In this document: piece by piece, positions 38,776-48,821 of the stretch
Position numbering within the stretch: position 1 is the stretch's first letter
Layout: the number at the start of each line of letters is the position of its first letter
Origin: a virus
IMG/VR virus record: IMGVR_UViG_3300025141_000021
DNA length: 64,000 nucleotides
Direction: 5' to 3' (one strand)
Made by a program: the position numbers and the translations under genes
The notes under the pieces: generated by a model
The model's input: only the letters and a program-made list of their open reading frames with translations
What the model was told of the DNA's origin: nothing
Database searches by the model: none

Positions 38776-39153
38776 TCACTTTTCTTGTTTGTTATCACTA
38801 GCACCTTCAAAATATGTAATGACGCCATATTTCTTCTTAAGATTCTTAAAATATGTTATATTGACACCTAAAAAACGTGCTGCTTCCACTTGTGTTCTAG
38901 TTGCCGATAAAGCATATTTAAATACTGCGTCTTTGGTTATTGAAGGTATTGCATTCCACAGTGGTATGCCATACATCTTACCGTTAAACGTTTTCGAGGC
39001 CAATTCTAGTTTGAGGCCTATTATTTCTTCTAAACTCAAATTATTAAGCATTATTTCAAACTCTTCGTTACTTCTTCTCTCGTCCCTGAGTTTTCTAATT
39101 ATTGAATAATGTTGGTTTCGTCCTCTTCGTCTCTTTTTCGTTTGCCAGACCAT
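38776..39153 (-). CDS. protein with C-terminal Fis-like helix-turn-helix
   Basis: ALSATRTQVEAARFLGVN pattern. Confidence 0.55.
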   Translation of the reverse strand: MVWQTKKRRRGRNQHYSIIRKLRDERRSNEEFEIMLNNLSLEEIIGLKLELASKTFNGKMYGIPLWNAIPSITKDAVFKYALSATRTQVEAARFLGVNITYFKNLKKKYGVITYFEGASDNKQEK

Positions 39154-39211
39154 TATATTGTATAGTATATTATTTATAATTTAATATTAAATATTAATTT
39201 TATATGTTGTA

Positions 39212-40021
39212 TTATAGTTCTAGATCTTCTTCACCCTCTAGTCCACCTTGGGTTTCTTTTTCTTGTTCGTATTCTGGTGTAGTGGGCTCATCAACTGCTG
39301 ATTTTAATTCATCTTCAAATTTGTCAAAATAGAGTTTCAAATTTGTAAGGAGGTAGTCATAAAACAACTGCCGATCCTCTTGACCCGAAAGGAGTTCATA
39401 TGAATCTAAAATATTCTGCTCAATTTTATTAAATGATTGCAGTGCTACATTTCTTCCGGTAATGTCTTCTCCTGAAATTGTAAATTCATCTTCTGGCTCT
39501 GCTTCTTTTTCTGCAGAATATCCACCAATGTCAATAAATGCGGCGTCATCGGTATCATCTTCCACATCAATGCTGATGTCCTCTTCCTCAAGGGCTTTAA
39601 AAACCCTTTCTGCCAATTCAGTTTCTATGCCGGCTTCTCCAGAGACTGCTCTTGCTGGAGCTAGAAGGTTTTGTACGCCATTAATAATGTGAGATCTAAA
39701 AGACTGTCGCTGTACTGTCGGTCCCTCTCCGGGGTCATTCTCGTCCCGGGTTGTTAATACTTTATAGTCCGTCTCCAATACAGGGATTATTTTTTTAAGG
39801 AGATCCTCCAACACATTAATTCCAGTTGATTGGTGAGGTGGTGTATCTGCAACAGCTTCCCTTTCTTGAATCAACATCTTCTGTATAATACTTCGAAGTT
39901 TGGTTTCTTCTGTTAGTTGTTGTTGGTTACCTCTTTTTTTTCTCTCGTTAACGACCTTGATTGCTTTACGAATAAAACTTCGAAGCTTAAGCTCTTCAAG
40001 ATAATGTTGTCGATCAATCAT
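39212..40021 (-). CDS. acidic probable virion/internal protein
   Basis: Repeated LxEExKLRSxI helices; acidic linker. Confidence 0.45.
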   Translation of the reverse strand: MIDRQHYLEELKLRSFIRKAIKVVNERKKRGNQQQLTEETKLRSIIQKMLIQEREAVADTPPHQSTGINVLEDLLKKIIPVLETDYKVLTTRDENDPGEGPTVQRQSFRSHIINGVQNLLAPARAVSGEAGIETELAERVFKALEEEDISIDVEDDTDDAAFIDIGGYSAEKEAEPEDEFTISGEDITGRNVALQSFNKIEQNILDSYELLSGQEDRQLFYDYLLTNLKLYFDKFEDELKSAVDEPTTPEYEQEKETQGGLEGEEDLEL

Positions 40022-40049
40022 AATATAATGTTACTCCTGCCTTGGTATA

Positions 40050-42155
40050 CTAAATAGATAAATTATTTGCAATATATCTATATATTTCTTCTTCTAATTC
40101 ATCTTCTGATTCATTAGGTTCTTCTTCTCTCATAATTATTGGCTGCTGTCGTTTCTTTTTTTTCTTTGGGCCACCTTCGAATCCTCCAGCGACTGTTGAA
40201 ATTTCATCTAGGCTTTCTTCTACCCAACGAAAGATAGCGTCCGATAAAGACTCTTGTAACCCCCTCTCTCCACCAAGAAGTGTAAAAACTTCTTCAGCAT
40301 GTTTCAAACTACTATCTGGCACATATTCTAGGAATTCATCAAAATTATTATTATCAATATATTCTCTTAAGAAGGTGGCGCTTAAATTTTCACCAGTTCC
40401 CCGATGTGTAACTACGGGGCACGGAGTTGTTATAACTTTAACGCCCTCTTCTTGTGCATTTCCTGCAGCTGCAAACCTGGTCGGGTCTTTACCCTTTTGT
40501 CCGCATGCCATGTATATTGTTTGGCCAGGATGTGCGTCTTCTAATAAAGTATATGCCATCCTCACTGGTGAACTTTGATATTCAGCATCGGCTTCCATGA
40601 TGGTATAGTTTGTTATACCGGCATCACGTAAATATATATCCCATATCTGCCTAGACAACTCAAAAGTTATCGGCTTTCCTTTTATTGACCTAGGTTTTCT
40701 CTGTGCTGGGCCGGCCATCATAATAATGATGTGTTCAACGGATGTTTCTGCTGTCGGGCCACTATAATTTTGAACCATCTCTACATGGCCGCGATGAGGA
40801 GGCTTAAAGCCTCCAGGCACTAAGACCAAACTGTTAACATTTTCTAATATGTTAGTCCACTGTCTTTCACCTGTATCCTGCTCTTCTTCTCGCAGCCTTT
40901 CTGACTGTTCTTCAGTCCGCCGGATCGGTGGTACATTACCCCGTCCATATTTAAATAGTCCTAAGATCTGATTAATAGGCGCGAAATTACCAGTAAATTT
41001 ATATAGTTGGCCTTCATACTCAAATACAACGCCTTCTACAGTTGAATTAATGTTGTCGTGGTGTTTAATTTTCTTTAACTGTTTGGCCAAGACTCCTTGA
41101 GCTTCCTCTGCTCCCTCTCCTGTATAACTAACAATATTCTTTATTGCCTGTTCTGTTTCGCGACGGAGACGGGCTAGTTCTTTGTGATTATCAAGAATAT
41201 AAGCAGATTCCATTCCTTTTAATAGCTCAACGGCAAAATCATGAATTGCTTCCTCAATTGGGAAGATCGCTTCACTCAAAAGGCTTGGTCCTTCTTTGAT
41301 TATGTCTCCAATAACAGTTTTTTGTTCTTTGGGGAACCCTTTATAGATTTGAGCCGCACCTCTGAAGGCAGGTTTGCCATTTTGGTCGGTTTTTTTCAAT
41401 ATTCGGTCAATAACATCTTGTTTTATCTGATCTGAGAAGTATGAAAGTCGATTATCGAGTTCTAAACGGAGTTTTACCTCTAAATACTCCTCAATCGTCA
41501 TCTGGCCGGCTAAACCGGCTTTTCGTATCTTTGCTAGCGCAATTTTGAGATCTTCGTCATTTCCAAGTTGTTTTAGCTTCGCAACGGCGGTTCTTTGGAC
41601 CGAAAACGACTTTCCAGTCGTTGCTTCTTCGAATTTATCGATAACTGCGTCTAATTTCTTTGAATTTGCCGATGCATCGACTACTTCAACCGAATTGGTC
41701 TCCAGATTATACAATTTATGCCCGCCATGGTGAATTGCAATGATATTTCTGTCATAATTGACCAATTGTTCGGCGCTTGGGCCCATAATTTCGGAATTAT
41801 AGAAAACTTCCCCTTCAGGGCCAAATATTTGCTCGATATCGTTCTTTGAAAGGCTTTTTACGGCTGCTTCGAAGGCTTCGAAGGCTTCAACATACACTTT
41901 TTTGACTGATTCACCGCCAGCAAACTCTCTGGCAATCAATTCGTCCATATTTCGGCCACCTTGGGACATATCACCCTTATTTCGAGCCCAACGGGTAGTA
42001 CCGTCCTTAAAACCTAGATAAATGTTGTAACCATCGGCCTTTTCAATGAATTCTAACTGTCCTGTTGATGCCAAACTCAATATTTTGGCCATTTTGTTAT
42101 ATGTTAGATCACGATTGTCATAAAGATGGGCTAAATGCCCCGCTACACCGCCCAT
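40050..42155 (-). CDS. fusion of a ligase-like (KxDG) domain and an HxGH nucleotidyltransferase
   Basis: GGVAGHLAHLYD...EKADGYN at the N-terminus; PGGFKPPHRGH...SATFLRE at the C-terminus. Confidence 0.65.
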   Translation of the reverse strand: MGGVAGHLAHLYDNRDLTYNKMAKILSLASTGQLEFIEKADGYNIYLGFKDGTTRWARNKGDMSQGGRNMDELIAREFAGGESVKKVYVEAFEAFEAAVKSLSKNDIEQIFGPEGEVFYNSEIMGPSAEQLVNYDRNIIAIHHGGHKLYNLETNSVEVVDASANSKKLDAVIDKFEEATTGKSFSVQRTAVAKLKQLGNDEDLKIALAKIRKAGLAGQMTIEEYLEVKLRLELDNRLSYFSDQIKQDVIDRILKKTDQNGKPAFRGAAQIYKGFPKEQKTVIGDIIKEGPSLLSEAIFPIEEAIHDFAVELLKGMESAYILDNHKELARLRRETEQAIKNIVSYTGEGAEEAQGVLAKQLKKIKHHDNINSTVEGVVFEYEGQLYKFTGNFAPINQILGLFKYGRGNVPPIRRTEEQSERLREEEQDTGERQWTNILENVNSLVLVPGGFKPPHRGHVEMVQNYSGPTAETSVEHIIIMMAGPAQRKPRSIKGKPITFELSRQIWDIYLRDAGITNYTIMEADAEYQSSPVRMAYTLLEDAHPGQTIYMACGQKGKDPTRFAAAGNAQEEGVKVITTPCPVVTHRGTGENLSATFLREYIDNNNFDEFLEYVPDSSLKHAEEVFTLLGGERGLQESLSDAIFRWVEESLDEISTVAGGFEGGPKKKKKRQQPIIMREEEPNESEDELEEEIYRYIANNLSI

Positions 42156-42159
42156 TTGA

Positions 42160-42435
42160 TTACTTTTCCTTCGTTTCTTCTAAAATATGGACCTGTTCTT
42201 CTAAAAGCGTAATGCGTTCTCTTAATCGACGAGCATGCCTTCGAATTTCTTTAACTTGTTGCTTGGCAACATCTAATCGTCGGCGCTCGGATATACTTTT
42301 TGGTTTTAAATTGTCCAAAATTTCTCCCAAAGTCTGTATATAACTGTATATATCAGGATTTTTACTTTCATTTAGCGTTTTGTCTGAAATTTGGCGTAAA
42401 AACCGTCGTGTCATATTGTCTGGGTGAAATTTCAT
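42160..42435 (-). CDS. coiled-coil hypothetical protein
   Basis: Helical, charged composition. Confidence 0.5.
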   Translation of the reverse strand: MKFHPDNMTRRFLRQISDKTLNESKNPDIYSYIQTLGEILDNLKPKSISERRRLDVAKQQVKEIRRHARRLRERITLLEEQVHILEETKEK

Positions 42436-42441
42436 GTTATT

Positions 42442-42669
42442 TTATACCTTTTTAGATTTTCGCAGCCTGTGTAGTGGCCTTTTCGATTTCTTCCTGGCCT
42501 TTTCAGCGGCGGGCTTCTTGGAAGCTGCTGATTTTGCCGGCAAAGGTGCTGGTTCCGGAGCTACAGAGACCGGTACCGGCTCCTCAACAACAGCAGTTTC
42601 TACTGGTGCGACCAACGTGTGGTGCAGCCCTAATCTTCGGCGTAAATTCTTTTTTCTTGGTGATGCCAT
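42442..42669 (-). CDS. small basic low-complexity protein
   Basis: Arg/Lys-rich ends, Pro/Ala centre, GGAGG SD. Confidence 0.55.
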   Translation of the reverse strand: MASPRKKNLRRRLGLHHTLVAPVETAVVEEPVPVSVAPEPAPLPAKSAASKKPAAEKARKKSKRPLHRLRKSKKV

Positions 42670-42711
42670 AATGCATACCCTCCTATATTATTAATTAGTC
42701 ACAAAAATGTG

Positions 42712-43296
42712 TTAGTTTACTGATTTGCTTGCCTTTTTAATTGGAAATTCAACAATTTGTTTAATTAATGGCTGTGCTTTAAGCTTTTTTTCAATTATAC
42801 GGGTCATGTTCTGTTTATTTAACCTGTTTTCAGTTAAAATTTTTCTATCTTTACGAATTTCCTCACGGATCGATTCTAAAAACCGTGATTTAATGCCATC
42901 TTCCCAATCACGAAACATCAAATTGCCTGTTTCATAAGCTTCTCGTTCCATTTCTCTCATATGTGTGTCTGTTTGAGCATATCCGTCCTCTGAATTAATC
43001 GGGCCGGTAAACTCTCCTCGACAATTTTGAGAGTGATGAACTAATTCGTGAGAAGCCGATCTCATTATGTCCTTGGGGTGGCGGCCATCAACAAAGACTG
43101 TAATTTTAAATTCTGATGGTTCGTAATATGCTGTTTTTCCTAATGGATTTTTTGCATTTTCCGGGTTTGATTGCAAAATTATTGTTGCGTCTTGGTCAAA
43201 TCCAAGCTTTTTCTTTGCATATGGATAAAAATCTCCCATCATTTGTTCAACACCGGTCAATTTTCTTGGAGATTCATTTTTTATGAATTTAAACAT
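42712..43296 (-). CDS. zincin-like metallopeptidase
   Basis: SHELVHHSQ with downstream EREA. Confidence 0.65.
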   Translation of the reverse strand: MFKFIKNESPRKLTGVEQMMGDFYPYAKKKLGFDQDATIILQSNPENAKNPLGKTAYYEPSEFKITVFVDGRHPKDIMRSASHELVHHSQNCRGEFTGPINSEDGYAQTDTHMREMEREAYETGNLMFRDWEDGIKSRFLESIREEIRKDRKILTENRLNKQNMTRIIEKKLKAQPLIKQIVEFPIKKASKSVN

Positions 43297-43304
43297 TGCA
43301 TTTT

Positions 43305-44468
43305 TTAGATTAATTGCCGCCTCTTAAGCTCTTTTGCTAGAGATTCTGCAATTTTCTTTTCAAGTACAATGCTTTCGACTGCCGCGGTTATAACATCTTC
43401 CATATAACTTTCCGTAATCTTAATATCTTCTCTTCCGGCTGCAGCAAGTGCTCTTTGGATATATGGCTTTAACAATTTTTTGACAATTGGCATTATTTCT
43501 TTCTGATTTAGTGCTGTGCCCTGCAGAAGTTTTCCAAAAGTCGCACGAGATACATCAATCTTACCCTTTTGAGGTTTAACTCGGCCGCCTTCTCCAGTTT
43601 TTTTCTGAGTTTCTTTGCCGCCCGGAACGTATTTGGCTGCTTTGGTGGCCTTCCTTGCCTGTTCTGGGTCGCGGCTAGCCTCTGGTGCAGGACCTCTTTC
43701 CATCAACAGTGGATAAAACATATTATTTGATTCTTGAACCTTAAGACCATTTATACGAAGCTGCGCAGATAGGTCTTTCATAATTGACTTAACCAAATTC
43801 TGGATCTGGTCGTTATCTAACGTTCCTTGAGAACGCGATTTTAAACTGTTAAATAATCTTGGACCAATGCTTCCTTTGCCCTTAAAGAGCGGAACTTCCC
43901 CACCAGGGCCAAGCTCAACGCCTCCTTTTGCTTTTGCGGCATCTGGGGCCCCTGTGGCGGCGCTAGAGGGCTTTTCTCCGACTTTGGCTTCTCCACCACT
44001 CATTTCCATTCCGGCTTGTGCTAAAGCCAACAGCTCTTTCCATGCATCTGCTTCTTCAGTGGTGTGTGCATGTGCAGATTGTCTAATAATCTGTCGAGCG
44101 GCGAGAGCAAACCATTTTGCATATTTCTTTTTCTTTGCAGGATCGTCAATATTTCTAATTTCATCCTGTTTGGCCATTAATTGTTGCGCGGTCTTTCGAA
44201 TAGTTGGGCCGGCCTTGCTTTCATCATCATCGCCCGAGAAGGGATCATAGCTGACATCTTTGTCTGGGTCTTCTCCGCGGCCAATAGCAGACCATTTTTC
44301 TGAGTCGTCGCCAGTTACTGCTCTTTTGGTCTTTTGCCAGGCGCCCTTAAGAAAATCTCCAACTCCAGCCTCATCAAGCTGCAATATTTCTTTTGCGTGT
44401 TCTTTGTTTTCGGCTAATGCATAAATTAGTTCTTCCCTGATCAGGGATTCAAGTTCTGTTCTTTCCAT
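43305..44468 (-). CDS. probable virion/internal protein with IREEL-type leader
   Basis: MERTELESLIREEL start after AGGAG; several LxE motifs. Confidence 0.5.
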   Translation of the reverse strand: MERTELESLIREELIYALAENKEHAKEILQLDEAGVGDFLKGAWQKTKRAVTGDDSEKWSAIGRGEDPDKDVSYDPFSGDDDESKAGPTIRKTAQQLMAKQDEIRNIDDPAKKKKYAKWFALAARQIIRQSAHAHTTEEADAWKELLALAQAGMEMSGGEAKVGEKPSSAATGAPDAAKAKGGVELGPGGEVPLFKGKGSIGPRLFNSLKSRSQGTLDNDQIQNLVKSIMKDLSAQLRINGLKVQESNNMFYPLLMERGPAPEASRDPEQARKATKAAKYVPGGKETQKKTGEGGRVKPQKGKIDVSRATFGKLLQGTALNQKEIMPIVKKLLKPYIQRALAAAGREDIKITESYMEDVITAAVESIVLEKKIAESLAKELKRRQLI

Positions 44469-44530
44469 TATAAAGCTCCTAGCTGCCGTAGCTATGATAA
44501 ATAGTTTATTAAAGCTCAAATCGCTTAAAA

Positions 44531-44734
44531 TTATGGTGCTTTGGATACTACCGATAATTCAGCCGGCTCATAAAGCGAGGCCATATTATATGGAGAATTC
44601 TCCAACCATCGTACTTCGACCACATCTTCTAAGCTAGGACCCGTTTTGTCCAATGCAGTTATAATTCCATAATATGGCTTTTTGGAATTCAGGAGGTCTA
44701 TTTGTTTTAAAACGACAAGGTCACCGATGTTCAT
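44531..44734 (-). CDS. MKIGDLV-family SH3/KOW-like small protein
   Basis: MNIGDLV...YGII...VEVRW...ELSVVS. Confidence 0.6.
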   Translation of the reverse strand: MNIGDLVVLKQIDLLNSKKPYYGIITALDKTGPSLEDVVEVRWLENSPYNMASLYEPAELSVVSKAP

Positions 44735-44749
44735 TTTAACATGTTAATC

Positions 44750-45406
44750 CTATAATAATTCGTCTATGTAATCAAATAAGTATTCTTCATTCCAGCCACG
44801 CACAATCACATACATTTCCATCTCTCTATCAATAAGATAAAAGGTTGGCCATCCGGTCAATCTCCAAGACCCTTCACTGCTTTCCAACATACTACGACTG
44901 CCAACTAATACCGGTGCTGTCGTTATGTTATGATCTTCAGCCCATCGACGAGCATCCTCAACATCTGGAACATTACGCTCAGTATCTTCTATTAATACTG
45001 TAGCATATAGAAGGCCCTTTCCAATATAATGATCATAGTGTTCTTGTGTTGAATATGCTGCAGCGCGGCAAGGGCCACACCAACCGGCAGAAAAATCTAA
45101 AACAATAGCCTTTCCATAATGATCGTAGAGTTGAAAGCTGTCTCCATTTTGGTCTTTCAGAATAAAATTGCATGGATGATAGCTAGGTCTAGTGCCGCAC
45201 TGGTTCCAAGTTACAGGCGTGTTTCCTATAATGTTGGATACATCAATATCGAAATTATATATATCTACGGCCCCCTCTTCATCACCTGAAACGTTCGAAT
45301 CTGGTGGCTGGATTATTATATCCTCTGCATCATCAATATTGTCTAGATTGTTTGTGCAACAAACCATACCGATGCAGGTTAAAAATAATAGCATTTTTTT
45401 AAACAT
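44750..45406 (-). CDS. TlpA/thioredoxin-like lipoprotein
   Basis: DFSAGWCGPC, GWPTFYLID; N-terminal signal peptide with Cys. Confidence 0.85.
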   Translation of the reverse strand: MFKKMLLFLTCIGMVCCTNNLDNIDDAEDIIIQPPDSNVSGDEEGAVDIYNFDIDVSNIIGNTPVTWNQCGTRPSYHPCNFILKDQNGDSFQLYDHYGKAIVLDFSAGWCGPCRAAAYSTQEHYDHYIGKGLLYATVLIEDTERNVPDVEDARRWAEDHNITTAPVLVGSRSMLESSEGSWRLTGWPTFYLIDREMEMYVIVRGWNEEYLFDYIDELL

Positions 45407-45478
45407 GATAGCTGTCTCCCTTTAGTAACTATGTGGAATTACAGGAAGAGATAAAAAATACTGTTATATTTTAAGGTT

Positions 45479-45679
45479 TTAAATTGCTTCTTCTGCAGAA
45501 GCTGATCCCAATAGCGCCATGGCTGCAGCTTTTAGTTTGTCTATTTCCATAGGATCTAGCCCCTGTGTCTTTGCGAGATCGAGAAATTCAGGTGAAAATA
45601 TTTCAAGCTCTTCTTTAAGGAGAACGTTTTTAATTTCTTCTAATATTATTTTTCTAAGAGTTTCTTTTGATATCATCAT
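45479..45679 (-). CDS. small protein with IIxEEI leader
   Basis: MISKETLRKIILEEI. Confidence 0.55.
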   Translation of the reverse strand: MMISKETLRKIILEEIKNVLLKEELEIFSPEFLDLAKTQGLDPMEIDKLKAAAMALLGSASAEEAI

Positions 45680-45945
45680 CTTCTTTACTCCAGTGTAACA
45701 TACAAATTATAGCCAAGTTTAATGTTATAAAACAAATACCAGTGGTCATAAATAAAAACATGAAATTACCACTGGCAGTTAAATCTTCAAGCATTGGATT
45801 ACATAAGTGCGTTAAGTATACCCCCCGCTATCATGCCGCCCAAAAATGAGCCACCAATTAATAGAGCACACGGAAGTGCTTCCACAACTTTATCTGGTAG
45901 TAAGCTTCCTAGTTTATTTAATAAATTTTTCATTGCTTTTGTCCT

Positions 45946-46218
45946 TTATTCCTTTATAGTAATTCGTTTCATAAAAATTGCTTCTTCGAGATTCTTGCTA
46001 GCCCATTCTTCGTGACCTAGGTCGGGGTGCACATCAGCGCATTCTCCAGGATGGTCTTTAGCTTCGAGGGGTTCTCCAGGATGACCTTTGCCTTCATCGA
46101 GTTCTTCCTCTTCTTCAGCAGCCTCTTCAAGTTCCTCGGGCTCGTTTTCTTTCCCAAGCCCAAATTTCTCCATCAATAGACGGCTTAGTTCTTTATTTTT
46201 CCAATTATGAATAATCAT
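45946..46218 (-). CDS. acidic small protein
   Basis: Glu-rich; CTATTTAT motif upstream. Confidence 0.55.
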   Translation of the reverse strand: MIIHNWKNKELSRLLMEKFGLGKENEPEELEEAAEEEEELDEGKGHPGEPLEAKDHPGECADVHPDLGHEEWASKNLEEAIFMKRITIKE

Positions 46219-46250
46219 TTGTGTTCCCCAAATTTATGTAATAAATAGTA

Positions 46251-46565
46251 TTAGTTATAACCAACGTCCAATATTTCATCTGCTGGTACCATCAAATAAC
46301 GATATTCGGATCTAACTAATACTTTCCCTTTTTTATCTGGCTTTTCTGTTATTTGTACAACTTCAATACCTCTTGGCACTCTCTCCATCTTTTTTGTCGT
46401 TGGTTCTAAGAACCATCCATAGCCACTTCCGCTTATTACTTGGTATGGAAGTGGTTCTGTGGTACCTCCAGCAGTTTTAAGTAATTCGGTAATAATATCT
46501 TTATTCAATGAGGTGTTCCTCTCCAGGCTTCCACTAATATCGAAATCATCGCGGCTGCCTGACAT
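46251..46565 (-). CDS. hypothetical protein
   Basis: GGAG SD upstream; ORF context. Confidence 0.5.
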   Translation of the reverse strand: MSGSRDDFDISGSLERNTSLNKDIITELLKTAGGTTEPLPYQVISGSGYGWFLEPTTKKMERVPRGIEVVQITEKPDKKGKVLVRSEYRYLMVPADEILDVGYN

Positions 46566-46630
46566 GTGACGTTAACTCCTCTATTTTATATAGAAGTGTA
46601 TAGAAGGAATTAGATGATTTGTTTTAAAAT

Positions 46631-47110
46631 TTATATGTTGCGACCGGAGTGTTTAAAATGATCAATCTTTTCAAGTGCTTGGCTAAGTATTGCCACAACA
46701 TCACCTAAGTCTATGCTGCTAGCAATTTGGTGTGAGGCTCGAATCAAATCCTCAAGTTTTTTAAAACCACCGGGATCAGTAATTGGTTGAGGCTCTTCCT
46801 CGTGCCAATATTGTTTCTCAGGGCTATGGCCATGAGTTGGCTCAACCCCGGGTTGAATATGATTAACTTGATAGTCTTCTTTCTTTAAAGATTTAACAGA
46901 TTTAAGAGATCCCCTGGATACCTGCCTGGGGCCGACATCATCAAAGTTAACAGCGACGTTCGTATGTTTAGTACCCGGGTGTGTTACTATGCCTTCGCCA
47001 TAATCTTCGTGTTTAACACGGGAGCGAACTGGAAACGAGGGAAGTGCTTCTGTAATAGAAGAAAGCTCTTCTCTGATAATCTCTTTAAGTCTTTGTTTTG
47101 TAAGTTTCAT
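46631..47110 (-). CDS. IIREEL-leader protein with an SH3-like domain
   Basis: MKLTKQRLKEIIREEL; RVKHEDYGEGIV...V.FD. Confidence 0.55.
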   Translation of the reverse strand: MKLTKQRLKEIIREELSSITEALPSFPVRSRVKHEDYGEGIVTHPGTKHTNVAVNFDDVGPRQVSRGSLKSVKSLKKEDYQVNHIQPGVEPTHGHSPEKQYWHEEEPQPITDPGGFKKLEDLIRASHQIASSIDLGDVVAILSQALEKIDHFKHSGRNI

Positions 47111-47123
47111 ATTAGTGTTCCCT

Positions 47124-47393
47124 TTACGCCGGTTCAAGAAGACGCTGTGCCGCGGTCTCATCTTCTTCGCGGTCTTTTCTCCATTTCTTCCTCAATAACT
47201 CAATATTATGCAGAAGTGTCTCTTCAAAAAATTCTTTTCCGCGTTCTCCGGCCGGCAACGAATTATGCGCCTTTTGAATACTGCCTAAGATATCATCTAA
47301 GAGAGGTATCGCGGTTTCGGCAAAGGGCCCCTCGCTTAAAGTAGAGAGTTCTTCCTTGATAATTCGTTTAAGTCGTGCTCTGGTAATCTTCAT
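47124..47393 (-). CDS. IIKEEL-leader small protein
   Basis: MKITRARLKRIIKEEL. Confidence 0.6.
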   Translation of the reverse strand: MKITRARLKRIIKEELSTLSEGPFAETAIPLLDDILGSIQKAHNSLPAGERGKEFFEETLLHNIELLRKKWRKDREEDETAAQRLLEPA

Positions 47394-47661
47394 TGCGGAT
47401 ATCCATTATAAATAGTGTGGTGCGCAGCTAAAAACGTTTTTTGTAACGCATGCCAAGCGTAATCTCCCAAAACAACAATGTAACTTGAATTTCTATCAGA
47501 TACTCGGAAAATTGGTTATGGCCTTTTATCAGAAGGAACCCCAAGCCTAGGCCCCCGGCGCGGCTTAAACTGGTGAATAATTTGATCACGATGTAGGTAG
47601 TGCTGAGCTATGAGAGAAGGAGCCGGAAAAAAATAATTTCCGGAAATTTTTCCTTTTTATA

Positions 47662-47973
47662 TTAACTAAAACTCATTCCACATCCGCAGGTAGTAGCGGC
47701 ATTAGGGTTTTTAAAAACAAATCCACTGCTCTGTAGGCTCTTAATATAGTCAATTTCTGTATTTTCTAGGAGGCCGGCAGAGTGAGGGTCGATCCTAACG
47801 TTAAATCTGTCAAATTCTAAAATCATATCATCTTCATCAGATTCATTACAAAAAACTAAACTATATGAATAACCAGAACAACCTCCACCAATCACGCCAA
47901 CACGAACTGCCTCATCGTCTTCTTCCAGAGCTAATTCAATAGCAGCAATTGCGCTAGCGGTTAATTTAATCAT
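47662..47973 (-). CDS. iscA: A-type Fe-S carrier (IscA/HesB family)
   Basis: GGGCSGYSY, IDY, NPNA..TCGCGMSF. Confidence 0.93.
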   Translation of the reverse strand: MIKLTASAIAAIELALEEDDEAVRVGVIGGGCSGYSYSLVFCNESDEDDMILEFDRFNVRIDPHSAGLLENTEIDYIKSLQSSGFVFKNPNAATTCGCGMSFS

Positions 47974-48346
47974 TTTTATCCTGATGGTTTTTAATAGCAG
48001 CCTTAATCGCTTCTTCGGCCAAAACCGAACAATGAATCTTTACCGGGGGAAGAGAAAGCTCTTCAACAATATCTGTATTCTTGATATTTTCAGCTTCCTT
48101 AAGCGTGAGCGCTTTAATCATTTCAGTTACCAGAGAAGACGCCGCAATTGCCGAACCGCAGCCAAATGTTTTAAATTTTGCATCGCATATGCAATTATTC
48201 TCATCGACTTTAATTTGCAGCTTTAAGACATCTCCACATTCTGGCGCGCCCACAATAGCTGTTCCAACATCATTAGAGGTTTTATCAAGAGAACCCATGT
48301 TACGAGGGTTCTCAAAATGTTCTAAAACTTTTTTTGTATAAGCCAT
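47966..48346 (-). CDS. iscU: Fe-S scaffold protein
   Basis: HFENPRNMG, GAPECGD, FKTFGCGSAIA, LPPVKIHCSVLAE. Confidence 0.96.
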   Translation of the reverse strand: MAYTKKVLEHFENPRNMGSLDKTSNDVGTAIVGAPECGDVLKLQIKVDENNCICDAKFKTFGCGSAIAASSLVTEMIKALTLKEAENIKNTDIVEELSLPPVKIHCSVLAEEAIKAAIKNHQDKND

Positions 48347-48349
48347 TAT

Positions 48350-48781
48350 CTAATCCTTTTTTTTGTTCCGATTGATTCGTATTGCTTCTCGTGTAATTAG
48401 CTCTAATATGGAGTTATAGTATAGCATTTCTTGTGAAGTAAGTAAACGGCGTAATTTATTTTGCATATTTTGAAACATAGCTTCATATATTCGACCACTC
48501 GCGCTCTTGTGGTTTTGTCGTATACTAAGCGCAGGGAATCTGCTGAGTGTGTTAAGCATATCAAGTAATTCAGGCTCTTTTTTAAGCTTAGTTATGCATG
48601 CAGCAATAACTTCCCCCTTTTTGTGCTCTTTCTTGTTAAGCGCAAGATCGTCGAGATAATCAAAATAACTGTCTAGTAGATTGTTATATGCTTTGCGGAG
48701 GGCCTTTAAAATATATTTAAGAGTATGCCAAGAAGCAATGCCCAAGATTACTCCAACAACAGTTGTGTATATACCGCTCAC
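48350..48781 (-). CDS. membrane-anchored hypothetical protein
   Basis: N-terminal hydrophobic helix. Confidence 0.5.
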   Translation of the reverse strand: MSGIYTTVVGVILGIASWHTLKYILKALRKAYNNLLDSYFDYLDDLALNKKEHKKGEVIAACITKLKKEPELLDMLNTLSRFPALSIRQNHKSASGRIYEAMFQNMQNKLRRLLTSQEMLYYNSILELITREAIRINRNKKKD

Positions 48782-48821
48782 ACATTAACTACCTATTCTA
48801 ATGGTGATTAACTCAATTAAT

